Shown: in pieces, positions 8,981 to 19,025 of the stretch
Numbering within the stretch: the first letter of the stretch is position 1
Layout of the letters: each line of letters begins with the position of its first letter
From: a virus
Lineage: Duplodnaviria; Caudoviricetes
Virus record (IMG/VR): IMGVR_UViG_3300028610_002065
Coordinates: 1-64,000 of that record
Strand: one strand, 5' to 3'
Length of the DNA: 64,000 nucleotides
Made by a program: the position numbers and the translations under genes
Notes under the pieces: model-generated
Told to the model about the DNA's origin: nothing
The model's database searches: none
Seen by the model: only the letters and a program-made list of their open reading frames with translations

Positions 8981-11900
8981 TTAATTCAAAACACTATACG
9001 TTACATCATTTGCAGCGTTTGCTCCAGATCCCCAGAAATCTCTAACTATACCACCTCCACCTCCACCTCCACCAGAAGCAGTGTTGCTTGTATTATTAGT
9101 TATAGTATTGTTTAACATTGTTGTATTGCCAATTGCAACTTTATTTGACTTGTCAGCTGTTTCATCTAATTTATCAGACATTGTTTCGGCCATATTTTGA
9201 AGATGAGCTGCTGCTGCTTTTCTTTCAGATAACTCTTTTTGTACTGGGATGTTGAGAGTTTTTCCCGCTAAATCTACTTGTTTGATTTCTTGTGGCATCC
9301 CTCCTGCTCTAAGTTTTACCTTATACCACTTTCCATCAATTTGAGCTTTTACTAGTTTTCCTTCTTTGTTCCATTCTCCTGCGGTAGCTTTTAAAAGTTT
9401 AAGTGCATATTCTCCGCCTTCTTCTTGAAATTTTTCTATTTGCTCAGGTGTGAGACCTTTCTTTTTAATAAGACCAGCACCACCCGCTGTTTCGAATCCA
9501 CCTGGGATAGTCTTGGGTGCTTCAGGTTTCCAACCAGCTGCTCTCCTCTCTGCAAAAGTACCTTCATGAATCTCTTTTAAACCTTTTAAGAATTTTCCTA
9601 TGAATGGTAAGTCCTTTATTTTCTTAATAACTGAATTAATCCATTCTGTTACACCGCTAACAACTTTACCAAACATGTCTCCAATGAAACCAACAGCATT
9701 ACCAACCCATGTAAATGGTTTTGTAAATGTATCCCACATTAGCGTTACAGTTTTTCCGTACCAAGTACTTTTATATTCCTCTAGTTTTTCTTTAACTTTT
9801 TCCCAAGCATTTGCTACAGTATTTTTAATAATTCCATATCCCTTTTTCATTGCCCAAATAAACATTAGGGGTGGAAATACAATTTTTGGAGCCCAGAACT
9901 TAATCTGTGCCCAAACCTTTTTCCCAGTTGGGTGTTCAGTTAAATAGAATTTAACTAATTGAACCATTTCTCTTATGAACTTAAATGGAAATGAAACAAC
10001 TGCCCACCATGCTTTGGCATATCCTTTTATTGGTGCTGTAATAGCGCTGATAGCTTTGGATATTTTATGACCTCCAACGAATCCTAAGAGTGCTCCTGCT
10101 GCAGCTCCAATGGCACCACCAATTAATACTCCAATGGGTCCTCCAATTAAACCAATTGCTGCTCCGATGCCTCCCAATTTCATAGCACCAGATAATGCAC
10201 CAGCTGCTCCAGTCTCTTTTCCTCCTAAGAAACCTGCAATACCTCTAGTAATCCATCCCCCTACAAAACCTTCTGGAGATTCTCCTGCCCGTATTGCTGC
10301 AAGCATATCCCAAATACCCATTGCACCACCCACAACTCCACCCACTACAGCTCCACCTACTCCTGCTGCAACTTTTCCAGCGCCTAAAGCTACACGCCCA
10401 ACTAATCCCGCTCCTGTTTTAGCTGCTCCTTTAGCAGCAAATTTCGCAGCAGCTACCCCACCTGCTGTTTTTCCAACCGCTGCTGTTTTACCAGCAAACT
10501 TACCAAGACCTTTTGCTCCTTTTTTCAGTCCTTCTCCAGCAGTTTTTATGAATCCTTTTCCACCTGTTTTAAATAGTCCTCTTAATCCAAGAGCAGTTAA
10601 TAATGGAGATAAAATATTTCCAAGCAGATTTACGCCTACGTTAATAGCACTCTGAAACATATTGAAGCCAAACATGAGAAGTTTCCAACCCATACCACTA
10701 AGTCTTTTTAATCTTTTTGTCATTCGTCCTAAGAATGATAGTTGAGCTTCATTTGCTTTTCTGCTTTTTCTAACTTCTATATATGATTCTACTGCAGTTT
10801 TAGTTTGTTTCCATCCCTGTTTAGCTGTCTCTTTTGCTTTTCCAAATGTCATTCCTACATATTCAACCCAACTTGGAGACTTTGGTTTTTCTCTATCTTC
10901 TTGTAACTCTTTTAATTTTCTGATTGCTTTAATATCACCAAAAAAGTCTTTCGTTTTTTCTGTACCTGCTTCTGCTGCTTCTTTGCCTTTCATTACTAAT
11001 CCGGTTGCAGATACTTTTGCTGCTTCTCCTGCTTCTTTAGCTAAACCAAAAACAGATTTAAATCCACCTTCTTTTTTAAAGTTTTCTATTTCATCTTCTT
11101 CCAATCCCAAAAACCCAAGAAATCTATCATATATATCTTCTTTAATTCCTTCTCCTACTTTACCTTTTTTCTTACCGCCAGCTAAGAATCCTTTTACTTT
11201 TTGGAACATTGTATATCTATCCATTATAGGAGCTGTTGGTTCATAACCAGCAGCCACTGTTGCGGATACTCTTGTGTATTTAGCAATAGCATCTAGTTTT
11301 GGCATCATCATTGTATATGTAACACCAAGCATATTTGCTATTTTTAGAAAGACATTATCGGTTGCAGTTGCTCTCTTAACGTCTGATAAATATCCACCTC
11401 TAGCACCAAAGAGCCATTTAATAGGAGCACCAAGAACTGCTTTGAAACCTTCAGCGAATAATAACATTCCTCTAAAGGCGGGATTCTCAAGAAGGGTTCG
11501 TTGCCATGCAATTCTTAATCTTGATGTAGTACCAATGAAAGCTACCTTCAATTCTAGAAGAGCCTTTAACATTCTATCTTGCCATGCTCGTTCACTTGCA
11601 CTACCACCCTTCTTAAACTCTTTTACAAATGTTTTAAAGAAAGTTTTTTGCTGTTCTTGAGTTGTTTCAACAATTTGTTTTACTAACGAATCAACAGGGG
11701 CAATTACTTCTGCTGCATGAACTTGAACAACACCACCTTTTTTAACGTACCCTCCTGTCTGTAATTGCGGAGGTTTAGCTTGTAACTCTTTTTTCAGACT
11801 TGCAACTTCAGATGATAATGCTCCAAGTTCTCTTTCCTTTCCTGATACTTTTTCGCTGACTGATTTTTTTCCTCTGAATATATTAGATATCGAACTACCT

Positions 11901-12448
11901 GCACCACGCAAACCTGCAAGCATTGCTGCGCCAACACCTTGTCTTATCTTAGATATGGCTCCACGGAATACATCTGTTTCCATAAACTTGGCAGCGAAAT
12001 ATCCAAAAATAGGAGTAGCTCTAGAAAGAGCCATCGCAATAGTATTGGTTTTGTTAATATGTATATCTTGTCCAATAGCTTTACCATATTGTGATATAGC
12101 ATCTGCACTAGCTTGAGCAGTTGATATTGAGATGTTTTTCATTCCGATTGACATCTGCTTTATTGTACTACCTAGATTGTTGACTATTTTTCCATAACCT
12201 GAGGCAACATCAGCACTAATTTCATCTCTTGCATATTGTAGCTCTTTTCTTAAATCTTGTTGTTGCTGAATAATCGAACCGACTTCACTTCCAACTTGTC
12301 TTCTTTTCTTTGTTTCTTCTTGAAGTAAACTATTAACCTGTTTGTGAAGACTATTGATTCTTCTTGCTCTATCACTAGCAACCCGTTGAGAACTGCTAGC
12401 AAGAAGATCTGTTGCGGGTTTAAGTCGTTCTGGATCTTTATCTGGCAT
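8981..12448 (-). CDS. Tape measure protein
   Basis: 1155 aa, helical, Gly/Ala/Lys-rich, with GGAIGAAAGALLG hydrophobic repeats. Confidence 0.75.
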   Translation of the reverse strand: MPDKDPERLKPATDLLASSSQRVASDRARRINSLHKQVNSLLQEETKKRRQVGSEVGSIIQQQQDLRKELQYARDEISADVASGYGKIVNNLGSTIKQMSIGMKNISISTAQASADAISQYGKAIGQDIHINKTNTIAMALSRATPIFGYFAAKFMETDVFRGAISKIRQGVGAAMLAGLRGAGSSISNIFRGKKSVSEKVSGKERELGALSSEVASLKKELQAKPPQLQTGGYVKKGGVVQVHAAEVIAPVDSLVKQIVETTQEQQKTFFKTFVKEFKKGGSASERAWQDRMLKALLELKVAFIGTTSRLRIAWQRTLLENPAFRGMLLFAEGFKAVLGAPIKWLFGARGGYLSDVKRATATDNVFLKIANMLGVTYTMMMPKLDAIAKYTRVSATVAAGYEPTAPIMDRYTMFQKVKGFLAGGKKKGKVGEGIKEDIYDRFLGFLGLEEDEIENFKKEGGFKSVFGLAKEAGEAAKVSATGLVMKGKEAAEAGTEKTKDFFGDIKAIRKLKELQEDREKPKSPSWVEYVGMTFGKAKETAKQGWKQTKTAVESYIEVRKSRKANEAQLSFLGRMTKRLKRLSGMGWKLLMFGFNMFQSAINVGVNLLGNILSPLLTALGLRGLFKTGGKGFIKTAGEGLKKGAKGLGKFAGKTAAVGKTAGGVAAAKFAAKGAAKTGAGLVGRVALGAGKVAAGVGGAVVGGVVGGAMGIWDMLAAIRAGESPEGFVGGWITRGIAGFLGGKETGAAGALSGAMKLGGIGAAIGLIGGPIGVLIGGAIGAAAGALLGFVGGHKISKAISAITAPIKGYAKAWWAVVSFPFKFIREMVQLVKFYLTEHPTGKKVWAQIKFWAPKIVFPPLMFIWAMKKGYGIIKNTVANAWEKVKEKLEEYKSTWYGKTVTLMWDTFTKPFTWVGNAVGFIGDMFGKVVSGVTEWINSVIKKIKDLPFIGKFLKGLKEIHEGTFAERRAAGWKPEAPKTIPGGFETAGGAGLIKKKGLTPEQIEKFQEEGGEYALKLLKATAGEWNKEGKLVKAQIDGKWYKVKLRAGGMPQEIKQVDLAGKTLNIPVQKELSERKAAAAHLQNMAETMSDKLDETADKSNKVAIGNTTMLNNTITNNTSNTASGGGGGGGGIVRDFWGSGANAANDVTYSVLN

Positions 12449-12459
12449 TTATAAATCTC

Positions 12460-13347
12460 CTAAATTCTTCCAATTGCCTTTAGTGCTTTATTTCCATACC
12501 TCATATCCTCAGAAGCTATACAAATAACTTCAGATGGATATATGAGTTCTTGAATACAAATAGTAGTTAAATTTCTCATTGAAAATGCGTCATTGTAAGC
12601 ATGATACATTGGAGCAATTATATGTTTATATTTTCCTCTAGATTGAAAAAATTTATCTATACTTGTTGTAAATATTTTTATAAGGACCATATAGTCAGTT
12701 AACATATTGCTGAATTTATCTTCATTTATAGTACTAAGAGGTCTTAGCTCTTTATTTAGTAAAGCGTTATATTTCATAATACTACTATTAGAAAAAACTT
12801 TTGAATTCTCAATTTCCAGAAAAATAAATCTTACTATTTTTTCAGCTGTCTTATCAGGTATTTCATTTATGCTAAAAATTCTTTGCCATAGATGTTTGTA
12901 ATAGCTTATTAATTCAGTTTTAAACATAGTTAAAAACAAAGCTTTTTTCTCATTAGCAAACATATGCATAAGTTCATGGATAGTCAGTTTTCCTAAGAAA
13001 TTATTTCCAACAAATGAAAATACATTCGCATTATTACTCATTAAAATATAAACTTTTCCATGACCTTTATCATAGAACCCAAGTATAGATTGGCCGCTTA
13101 CTGGAGCAAAGATTTTCCATGCAACAAATCCTCCAAAACCTCTGGTTAAGAAGCATGGGATTATCTTCCTTTTTTCAAGCAAGTTTTCAAATTTTGAGTA
13201 AGCTGCTTTTGTTCTTCCACATTTATCAATTGCTTTTAAGTATTGAGTATTCAGAAGGTTGGAACCGAATAGTGGATTCCCATCTATTTTAGCGACTGGT
13301 CGTAAACCTACAGGAGGAACAAATACTTCAGTTAACTGGTCGTTCAT
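12460..13347 (-). CDS. HExxH zincin-like metallopeptidase, probably virion-associated
   Basis: LTIHELMHMF motif and downstream QELIYPSE; lies between TerL and the tape measure gene. Confidence 0.5.
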   Translation of the reverse strand: MNDQLTEVFVPPVGLRPVAKIDGNPLFGSNLLNTQYLKAIDKCGRTKAAYSKFENLLEKRKIIPCFLTRGFGGFVAWKIFAPVSGQSILGFYDKGHGKVYILMSNNANVFSFVGNNFLGKLTIHELMHMFANEKKALFLTMFKTELISYYKHLWQRIFSINEIPDKTAEKIVRFIFLEIENSKVFSNSSIMKYNALLNKELRPLSTINEDKFSNMLTDYMVLIKIFTTSIDKFFQSRGKYKHIIAPMYHAYNDAFSMRNLTTICIQELIYPSEVICIASEDMRYGNKALKAIGRI

Positions 13348-13355
13348 AACATCTC

Positions 13356-15038
13356 CTATTTTTTATTATATAAACTCAGAACATCTACAAATCCAGCATG
13401 ATCTTGAATATTCTCTTTAATTGATGCCATAATTGATTCATTAGTTAAGTCGCCTGGCCCGTCCATATTTTTAGAAAGAATATCTGCCATTTCCATTTGA
13501 ACAGATGAAAACTCTGCTGTTCCAACTAACATTGGTGGGTCATATTTTCTTACATACATAACACATGAAGTTGCTAATGCTAAGTCGTCTCGACATCCAA
13601 TATCAGCTTCAACTTTACCATTTGGTTTTGTTACTAAACCTGTTAACTCTAAAGCTAATCTTTCTGATTTAATAACTTCAGGGAACTGTGTTACATATGA
13701 ATACAAGGCATCAATCATTAATGGTCTTGTTTTTGTATTGGTCGATAGACCAGGCAACCAAGTCTTTTCTCCTCTTCTTTCTTTGTAAATCATTGTAGCA
13801 AATTCACTATGATATAATTGTTCAACAACTTGGTTTCCATATGAGTTTGATTCTATTACAACTAAACCTGGATATTGAGTAGCTAATACTTTCACAACCT
13901 TAACGAAATCAAGGACTTTGCATTTGCCTTGATATTCAGCTACTTGCTCCATTGTTTCATAGTCCCAAACTGTAATTGCTGATTTATCGTTACCATGTTC
14001 TGGAGCTGTATCGACACCCATTATATAATATCTGCCTGGTAAATTGTTTGCGAATTTCCAAATTTCTCCATTATAAATTCTTAATTTTTCAATTGGTTCT
14101 CTTGCAGAATTTTGAACTTTTTCAACTGTTTCAGGTTCAAAGAATGATCCTTCTGCCGGTAAGAATTTTAGCTCTAATTCCTGAGCAATTTTTCTCATAT
14201 CATTATCAAATAGCAGACATTGAGTTTTATACCAATCTGGATCGTTGGCTAACTCTTCAATTTGTTTCCAGTGAATAACGAATGGTTCAAAAATATCATC
14301 TCTAGATACTGCTCTTTGGTATCTTTCAAAATACCATTTACCAACACCAATGGTTTTATTTGGAGTTGATAGAACAACAGTTCCATATGGGACTTTTGCT
14401 TTTTTAGCATGCATCTGATTAGTTGATAAAGTAGGAACCATTGAAGTCCATGCTGTATCAACATGATGAATAAATGCTGCCTCATCAATAACGAGAAATG
14501 TAATCGCCTTACCACGAAGCGTTTTCTCAGGAGCATTTGGATTAACAGGTGTAGCATATACCTTACTACCGTTTGTAAGAATAAATGATTGTTCTGTCCT
14601 TTTTGCAAATCCTCTACCAAGAGGTCCTTTTGGCGGCTTCATCCATTCTGGCAGTTTTTCAATCATTCCCCTTATTGCTCTAGCAAAGTCTGTTGCTTCT
14701 TTTCCATCTTTAGAAATAATACCAACAACTGCATTATCAAAGAAAATCGTTAACCAGGCAGAGTATGCTTGAATAATTGTTGAAATACCAATTTGTCTGC
14801 TCTTCAATACCAGGACGTATCTTCTTTCCTCAACAAGTTCAATCAATTCAATCTGTTTCTTATAAGGTTGTAAAAATACATCTTTCCCTGGTATTTCAAT
14901 CAGAATATATTTCTTACAAAAATATTCAAACGTATTTTTGCATCTGAGATATTCAGTTATAAACTCATTGGCTATAACGCCAACATCGTCTGGTATAACT
15001 TGAATCTCTTCTTCATGACTTACTGCTAATTGTTGCAT
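13356..15038 (-). CDS. terL: Terminase large subunit (T4 gp17-like)
   Basis: LKSRQIGIST (Walker A), LVIDEAAF (Walker B), STPN, nuclease GVDTA and DDLALA. Confidence 0.95.
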   Translation of the reverse strand: MQQLAVSHEEEIQVIPDDVGVIANEFITEYLRCKNTFEYFCKKYILIEIPGKDVFLQPYKKQIELIELVEERRYVLVLKSRQIGISTIIQAYSAWLTIFFDNAVVGIISKDGKEATDFARAIRGMIEKLPEWMKPPKGPLGRGFAKRTEQSFILTNGSKVYATPVNPNAPEKTLRGKAITFLVIDEAAFIHHVDTAWTSMVPTLSTNQMHAKKAKVPYGTVVLSTPNKTIGVGKWYFERYQRAVSRDDIFEPFVIHWKQIEELANDPDWYKTQCLLFDNDMRKIAQELELKFLPAEGSFFEPETVEKVQNSAREPIEKLRIYNGEIWKFANNLPGRYYIMGVDTAPEHGNDKSAITVWDYETMEQVAEYQGKCKVLDFVKVVKVLATQYPGLVVIESNSYGNQVVEQLYHSEFATMIYKERRGEKTWLPGLSTNTKTRPLMIDALYSYVTQFPEVIKSERLALELTGLVTKPNGKVEADIGCRDDLALATSCVMYVRKYDPPMLVGTAEFSSVQMEMADILSKNMDGPGDLTNESIMASIKENIQDHAGFVDVLSLYNKK

Positions 15039-15046
15039 AATATACC

Positions 15047-15060
15047 TTTAGTATTTGTTC
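15047..15060 (-). promoter_or_regulatory. Candidate late promoter GAACAAATACTAAA
   Basis: Shares GAACAAA-N3-TAAA with 16767-16780; both lie just upstream of late genes. Confidence 0.4.
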
Positions 15061-16752
15061 TTAAGATCTATTAGTAGCAAGGAACTCATTTCTACGTTCT
15101 AATCGGTTTATTTCTTTAAGACGAAGATTCACTTCTACTCTTGAACAACCAGGCTGACTTATACCAAGTAGAGCATTTTCGCATTTTTCATTTTGAGCAT
15201 CAAGAGCTCTTATTGTTTTCATATTTTCTCTAATTTCGACTCTGACTTCTTGGGATACTTCTTGAAATGGTTTTACTGGTGTTTGTGTTGTTTGTGTTAC
15301 CACTTCCACACTGGTTTTAGCTGCTTCCTTCGCTGTTTCAATTACACTATCTACTGTTGCTCCATAAGTTAGATCAGCAATTTTTTGAGCATTTCTTTCT
15401 GTTGCAGCTTTTTCAGGTAGTACAGATGCATCTGCTTTTGGTTTAGCTACATCACCTGCACGTTTGTTTGTTCTCATAAGTTTAACTTGGGCGGTTGTCT
15501 GCCAATTGTTTTGTCTTCTAAACCATATGTCTGTACTCCATAATATGTACTTCCCTTCTAAATCTGCATACTCAATAGTTTTTGGTTTAAATTTTACACA
15601 TTCTCCAACTTTAATGAGATTTAAAACTGGTAGGTTTCTTTCAAGATCAATTGTTAAAGTTGATAAATCAGCTGTTCTTCTAGAAATTCTTGAGTTAAAA
15701 ATAGTTTCATTTTTTTCATCCCCAGTATCTTGAATAAAATATCTTGTTCTTAATGCTGCAGAATCCACATCAATATTTTTATTCTTATATATGAGACTAT
15801 ATTTTCCAGCTATATCTTTTAAATCTTGAGTAATTGTTTGTGATAGTGTATCTTTTGGTTTAATTATATGATTAATAGTTGACCCTATTTTAGCAAATTT
15901 TGCATTACCGGCATAATCTGTATCAACTGTAGCATATGTATAGAAAGTGTTATCCTTCGAAACTTCATCTAATATTAAATCCCATATATTAATATCCATA
16001 TCAGTTGCTATTTGATAAATTATAAAAGCTGGATTCTTTTGCATTTTAGCTGTCAAGTTTTTTATTTGTAATGTTTTGTCATATTGACAAAAGACTGCTG
16101 GTACTCCATCAAAAAGACCAAATCTTTGATCTAGAAAACCGTCAAATGGATTTATAGCTGCTGAGTTATATTCCTTTATTACTTTATAGAAAGTTGTTGG
16201 CGGAATACAAACTTGATCAATTGTATTCGAGTTTTGACCGTCTGAATCAAATTCTACTTTTGAAGCTCCTGCTGCTGAAGCAAGTGTGTTTATCATAGAG
16301 TTTAAATTGGTACCTAAGAAAACATCATTTACAACGGAGTTCATTATTTTATATGAATCTCTTACAACTGTATTAACTGTATAATATCCCCTTTCTTTTT
16401 GTTTATTTTCACCCGTAGATATCTGATCTTTTTCATTTAACTGAAACTTTCCTTTTGTAAACATTAGATCTAGATCTATTCTTTCTCCTGGATACTGTTC
16501 TTCTCTTAATAAAGTTATTGCTAGTTTTATTGACGACCCACCGTACAACTGTTGAAGTATAATATCATTTGGATCTAATTCAAAAACTATGTCTACTGAT
16601 TGGTATGCTGTTGTAAGGGATGAAATGAAACGAACCACGATTATATCTTGGGTGTAATCTAAATCATCAATGGTTATTTTCAAATCATAAGATCGAGTTG
16701 GGACAAATGTTCGGCCACCCTTATCTACATTTGGTGTTAGTTTTTCTGGCAT
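15061..16752 (-). CDS. Baseplate hub protein, gp27/gpD-like, with C-terminal extension
   Basis: IKVGECVKF...LEGKYILWSTDIWF...TAQVKLMR hub C-terminal motif; adjacent to TerL and tail genes. Confidence 0.6.
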   Translation of the reverse strand: MPEKLTPNVDKGGRTFVPTRSYDLKITIDDLDYTQDIIVVRFISSLTTAYQSVDIVFELDPNDIILQQLYGGSSIKLAITLLREEQYPGERIDLDLMFTKGKFQLNEKDQISTGENKQKERGYYTVNTVVRDSYKIMNSVVNDVFLGTNLNSMINTLASAAGASKVEFDSDGQNSNTIDQVCIPPTTFYKVIKEYNSAAINPFDGFLDQRFGLFDGVPAVFCQYDKTLQIKNLTAKMQKNPAFIIYQIATDMDINIWDLILDEVSKDNTFYTYATVDTDYAGNAKFAKIGSTINHIIKPKDTLSQTITQDLKDIAGKYSLIYKNKNIDVDSAALRTRYFIQDTGDEKNETIFNSRISRRTADLSTLTIDLERNLPVLNLIKVGECVKFKPKTIEYADLEGKYILWSTDIWFRRQNNWQTTAQVKLMRTNKRAGDVAKPKADASVLPEKAATERNAQKIADLTYGATVDSVIETAKEAAKTSVEVVTQTTQTPVKPFQEVSQEVRVEIRENMKTIRALDAQNEKCENALLGISQPGCSRVEVNLRLKEINRLERRNEFLATNRS

Positions 16753-16766
16753 ATTTTAGATCCTCT

Positions 16767-16780
16767 TTTATATTTTGTTC
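16767..16780 (-). promoter_or_regulatory. Candidate late promoter GAACAAAATATAAA
   Basis: Sits between a terminator and the SD of the first late gene; matches 15047-15060. Confidence 0.4.
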
Positions 16781-16781
16781 C

Positions 16782-16824
16782 AAAAAAATGAGCGGGTTTG
16801 AAAGGAGCTGAAAGCACCCGCCCA
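16782..16824 (-). terminator. Intrinsic terminator
   Basis: TGGGCGGGT...ACCCGCTCA stem followed by 7 T on the - strand, right after the 16837 ORF. Confidence 0.7.
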
Positions 16825-16836
16825 TTTAGAACCAGG

Positions 16837-17763
16837 TCAATTAGAACTTAACTGGCTCAAGACCTGGTGCATTCTAGTTGGGATTACAAGAACGCTTTCT
16901 GCAATATTTTCAAGCATCTTCTTTACATTCAGATTCTGCTCAAAACTTGTATATCTAACGATGGCTAAAAAGACTTGCCATGCTGTTGGAGATCGACCTT
17001 GCTCTACCATATCATCGAGCATATCAGATATTTGTTCTCTTCTTCTTTTTCCGAATGATTCAATAACTTCAAGTAATGCCATCATATCATCTTCACTGAC
17101 TTGTTTTTGAAAGCTTCCATTGACCATTTCGATAATATCTTCATCAAAAACTTCCATATATGTGTTGACGGCTGAAGAAAGACTTGTGGTTGATGTTTCA
17201 ATATGGACTTGGCGAATCTCACCTAAAGTAAATGCAAATGTCATAACTCCTCGTTCGTTTAAATTTGTACCGATACCGAACGCTAATGATGCTGCTCTGG
17301 TTCCGTTATAGCTGTTATTGACAATCATAATAGGAAAAACATCGGCGATGTCTGGAATACTGTGACTGCTTTGAATGGCTATCTCATTTCTCATTCGGGC
17401 ATAGTTGGAGTCAAACATTGCAGTTTCTCTGACAATGGGAACACCAACCTCACCAATTGAAGTTCGGATTCTGTCCATCAATGCTCCATTGCCCACAAAC
17501 TTATACATGTGAGAAACATACCCACAGTATTCATATCCTAAGGAGTCAGGACCTTTTGTGAAGATTCCAAGTAGAGGAACACTTATAGAATCTGTTTGAT
17601 GCTCTGGTACTAAATCTCTACTATCATCACCGCCGTATGTTATCTGTGGTAATAATTGTCTATATATAACTTCACAGTATTGATCTATATAGGAATAGAG
17701 TCCTTTATAATACTTAGTAACGTCTAAACCCATTTCTAATGCTCGTTCACTAAAAGGTGTCAT
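16837..17763 (-). CDS. DUF932-like phage protein
   Basis: IMIVNNSYNGTRAA and terminal TAWQVFLAIVRY resemble DUF932-type proteins. Confidence 0.35.
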   Translation of the reverse strand: MTPFSERALEMGLDVTKYYKGLYSYIDQYCEVIYRQLLPQITYGGDDSRDLVPEHQTDSISVPLLGIFTKGPDSLGYEYCGYVSHMYKFVGNGALMDRIRTSIGEVGVPIVRETAMFDSNYARMRNEIAIQSSHSIPDIADVFPIMIVNNSYNGTRAASLAFGIGTNLNERGVMTFAFTLGEIRQVHIETSTTSLSSAVNTYMEVFDEDIIEMVNGSFQKQVSEDDMMALLEVIESFGKRRREQISDMLDDMVEQGRSPTAWQVFLAIVRYTSFEQNLNVKKMLENIAESVLVIPTRMHQVLSQLSSN

Positions 17764-18161
17764 TATGCACCATCCTTTACAATTTTATTTATTGCTCCTT
17801 TCAGTCTCCATCTCATTCCTTCTTGAAATACTTTCATTCGTCCATCAAAAATATGTTCCACTAATATTCTAGTTAATATATTTATGAGTTCTTTTGTGGA
17901 AACGTTTCCTGTTTTACCGGACGAACGATTTTTAGCAACATGAACACCATCTCTACGATCAACGAAAATAACAAAGTTGGCTCTATGCATACGTTCTGTA
18001 AGAGTTGGATGTTTGATTCGAATTACTCTTGCTCCTGTTCCACCTCCTCCTCCACTTGGAGAACATCCATCTATTGATATTTTCGAATGAAACTTCTTTT
18101 TCATCATTGAGTCAAATACTCTCGGATCGATTAAATCTAATTCTCCTGCTATTGGTGCCAT
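17763..18161 (-). CDS. Small protein with a DnaB C-terminal-like motif
   Basis: RANFVIFVDR...VAKNRSSGKTG; no P-loop. Confidence 0.3.
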   Translation of the reverse strand: MAPIAGELDLIDPRVFDSMMKKKFHSKISIDGCSPSGGGGGTGARVIRIKHPTLTERMHRANFVIFVDRRDGVHVAKNRSSGKTGNVSTKELINILTRILVEHIFDGRMKVFQEGMRWRLKGAINKIVKDGA

Positions 18162-18163
18162 GG

Positions 18164-18766
18164 TTATCTCCTCGTTGCGAAAAATCTAAGATATAGTTGT
18201 CTTCCATCAAAGTCATAATTTTCGCTGTCAATTTTGACTTTAAATCTTCCTTCAAGTTCCCAGAAATATTCTGCTCTACTAGGAGTCCAAATTGAAGCGT
18301 GTGGGCACGATGGTTCATTTAAGAGCTCGGTTGTCAATAGAATATTATTGGCTTCAAAGTTTCCATCTAAGGGAATTTCATCTAAAATCATTCTTGCTAG
18401 TATTTCATAGTTAGGGACAATCACATCAACAGTTCCTCCACGTTCAGTTACTGTTGATACGAGATAGATGAAATATAGAACTTTTGTAAATGAAACGTGC
18501 TCGAGAAATCGGTAGATGCAAACCCGATCAAATGGAATAATAGTATTTTCCATAAATTCAAATGCATCACATTTGACATTATATAATTCAGTCGCTTGTC
18601 CTCGATCAATTTTCTTAACCCATCCAGATGCTGCATCCTCTACATGTGCAGGTTCATTATTTAAATAAAACATGGTATCAACATTTACAATAAAAGATGG
18701 ATGTTTACGATCAACTGGTAGAATTTTTCCACTTGCGATATTTAATATTATTTCTGACATAATCAC
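18164..18766 (-). CDS. Class I SAM-dependent methyltransferase-like protein
   Basis: ILNIASGK, NVD, CDAFEF, RFLEHV, GGTVDVIVPN, HASIWT. Confidence 0.75.
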   Translation of the reverse strand: MIMSEIILNIASGKILPVDRKHPSFIVNVDTMFYLNNEPAHVEDAASGWVKKIDRGQATELYNVKCDAFEFMENTIIPFDRVCIYRFLEHVSFTKVLYFIYLVSTVTERGGTVDVIVPNYEILARMILDEIPLDGNFEANNILLTTELLNEPSCPHASIWTPSRAEYFWELEGRFKVKIDSENYDFDGRQLYLRFFATRR

Positions 18767-18767
18767 C

Positions 18768-19025
18768 TCACTTTATTTTTTCTGTTCCGACTATTGTTGT
18801 ATCATCCTTTAATAGAAGCTCGAGAAAGTCTTTAGCTAATAGATTTTTATCTTCTCCTCCTACAGTGATTCTGTGTTCATTTTTATCATATGATGAAATA
18901 AATCTAATTCCGATTTCATGTTTTCTAATATCCCATATCTTTAGAACTTTTTCAGGTCTAATGATAAAATTTTCTGACATCTCTGGATAATGAATTGCTC
19001 TGTAATCGTGTCTTATAATAATCAT
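18768..19025 (-). CDS. Hypothetical protein
   Basis: Coupled in operon; no recognisable motif. Confidence 0.5.
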   Translation of the reverse strand: MIIIRHDYRAIHYPEMSENFIIRPEKVLKIWDIRKHEIGIRFISSYDKNEHRITVGGEDKNLLAKDFLELLLKDDTTIVGTEKIK

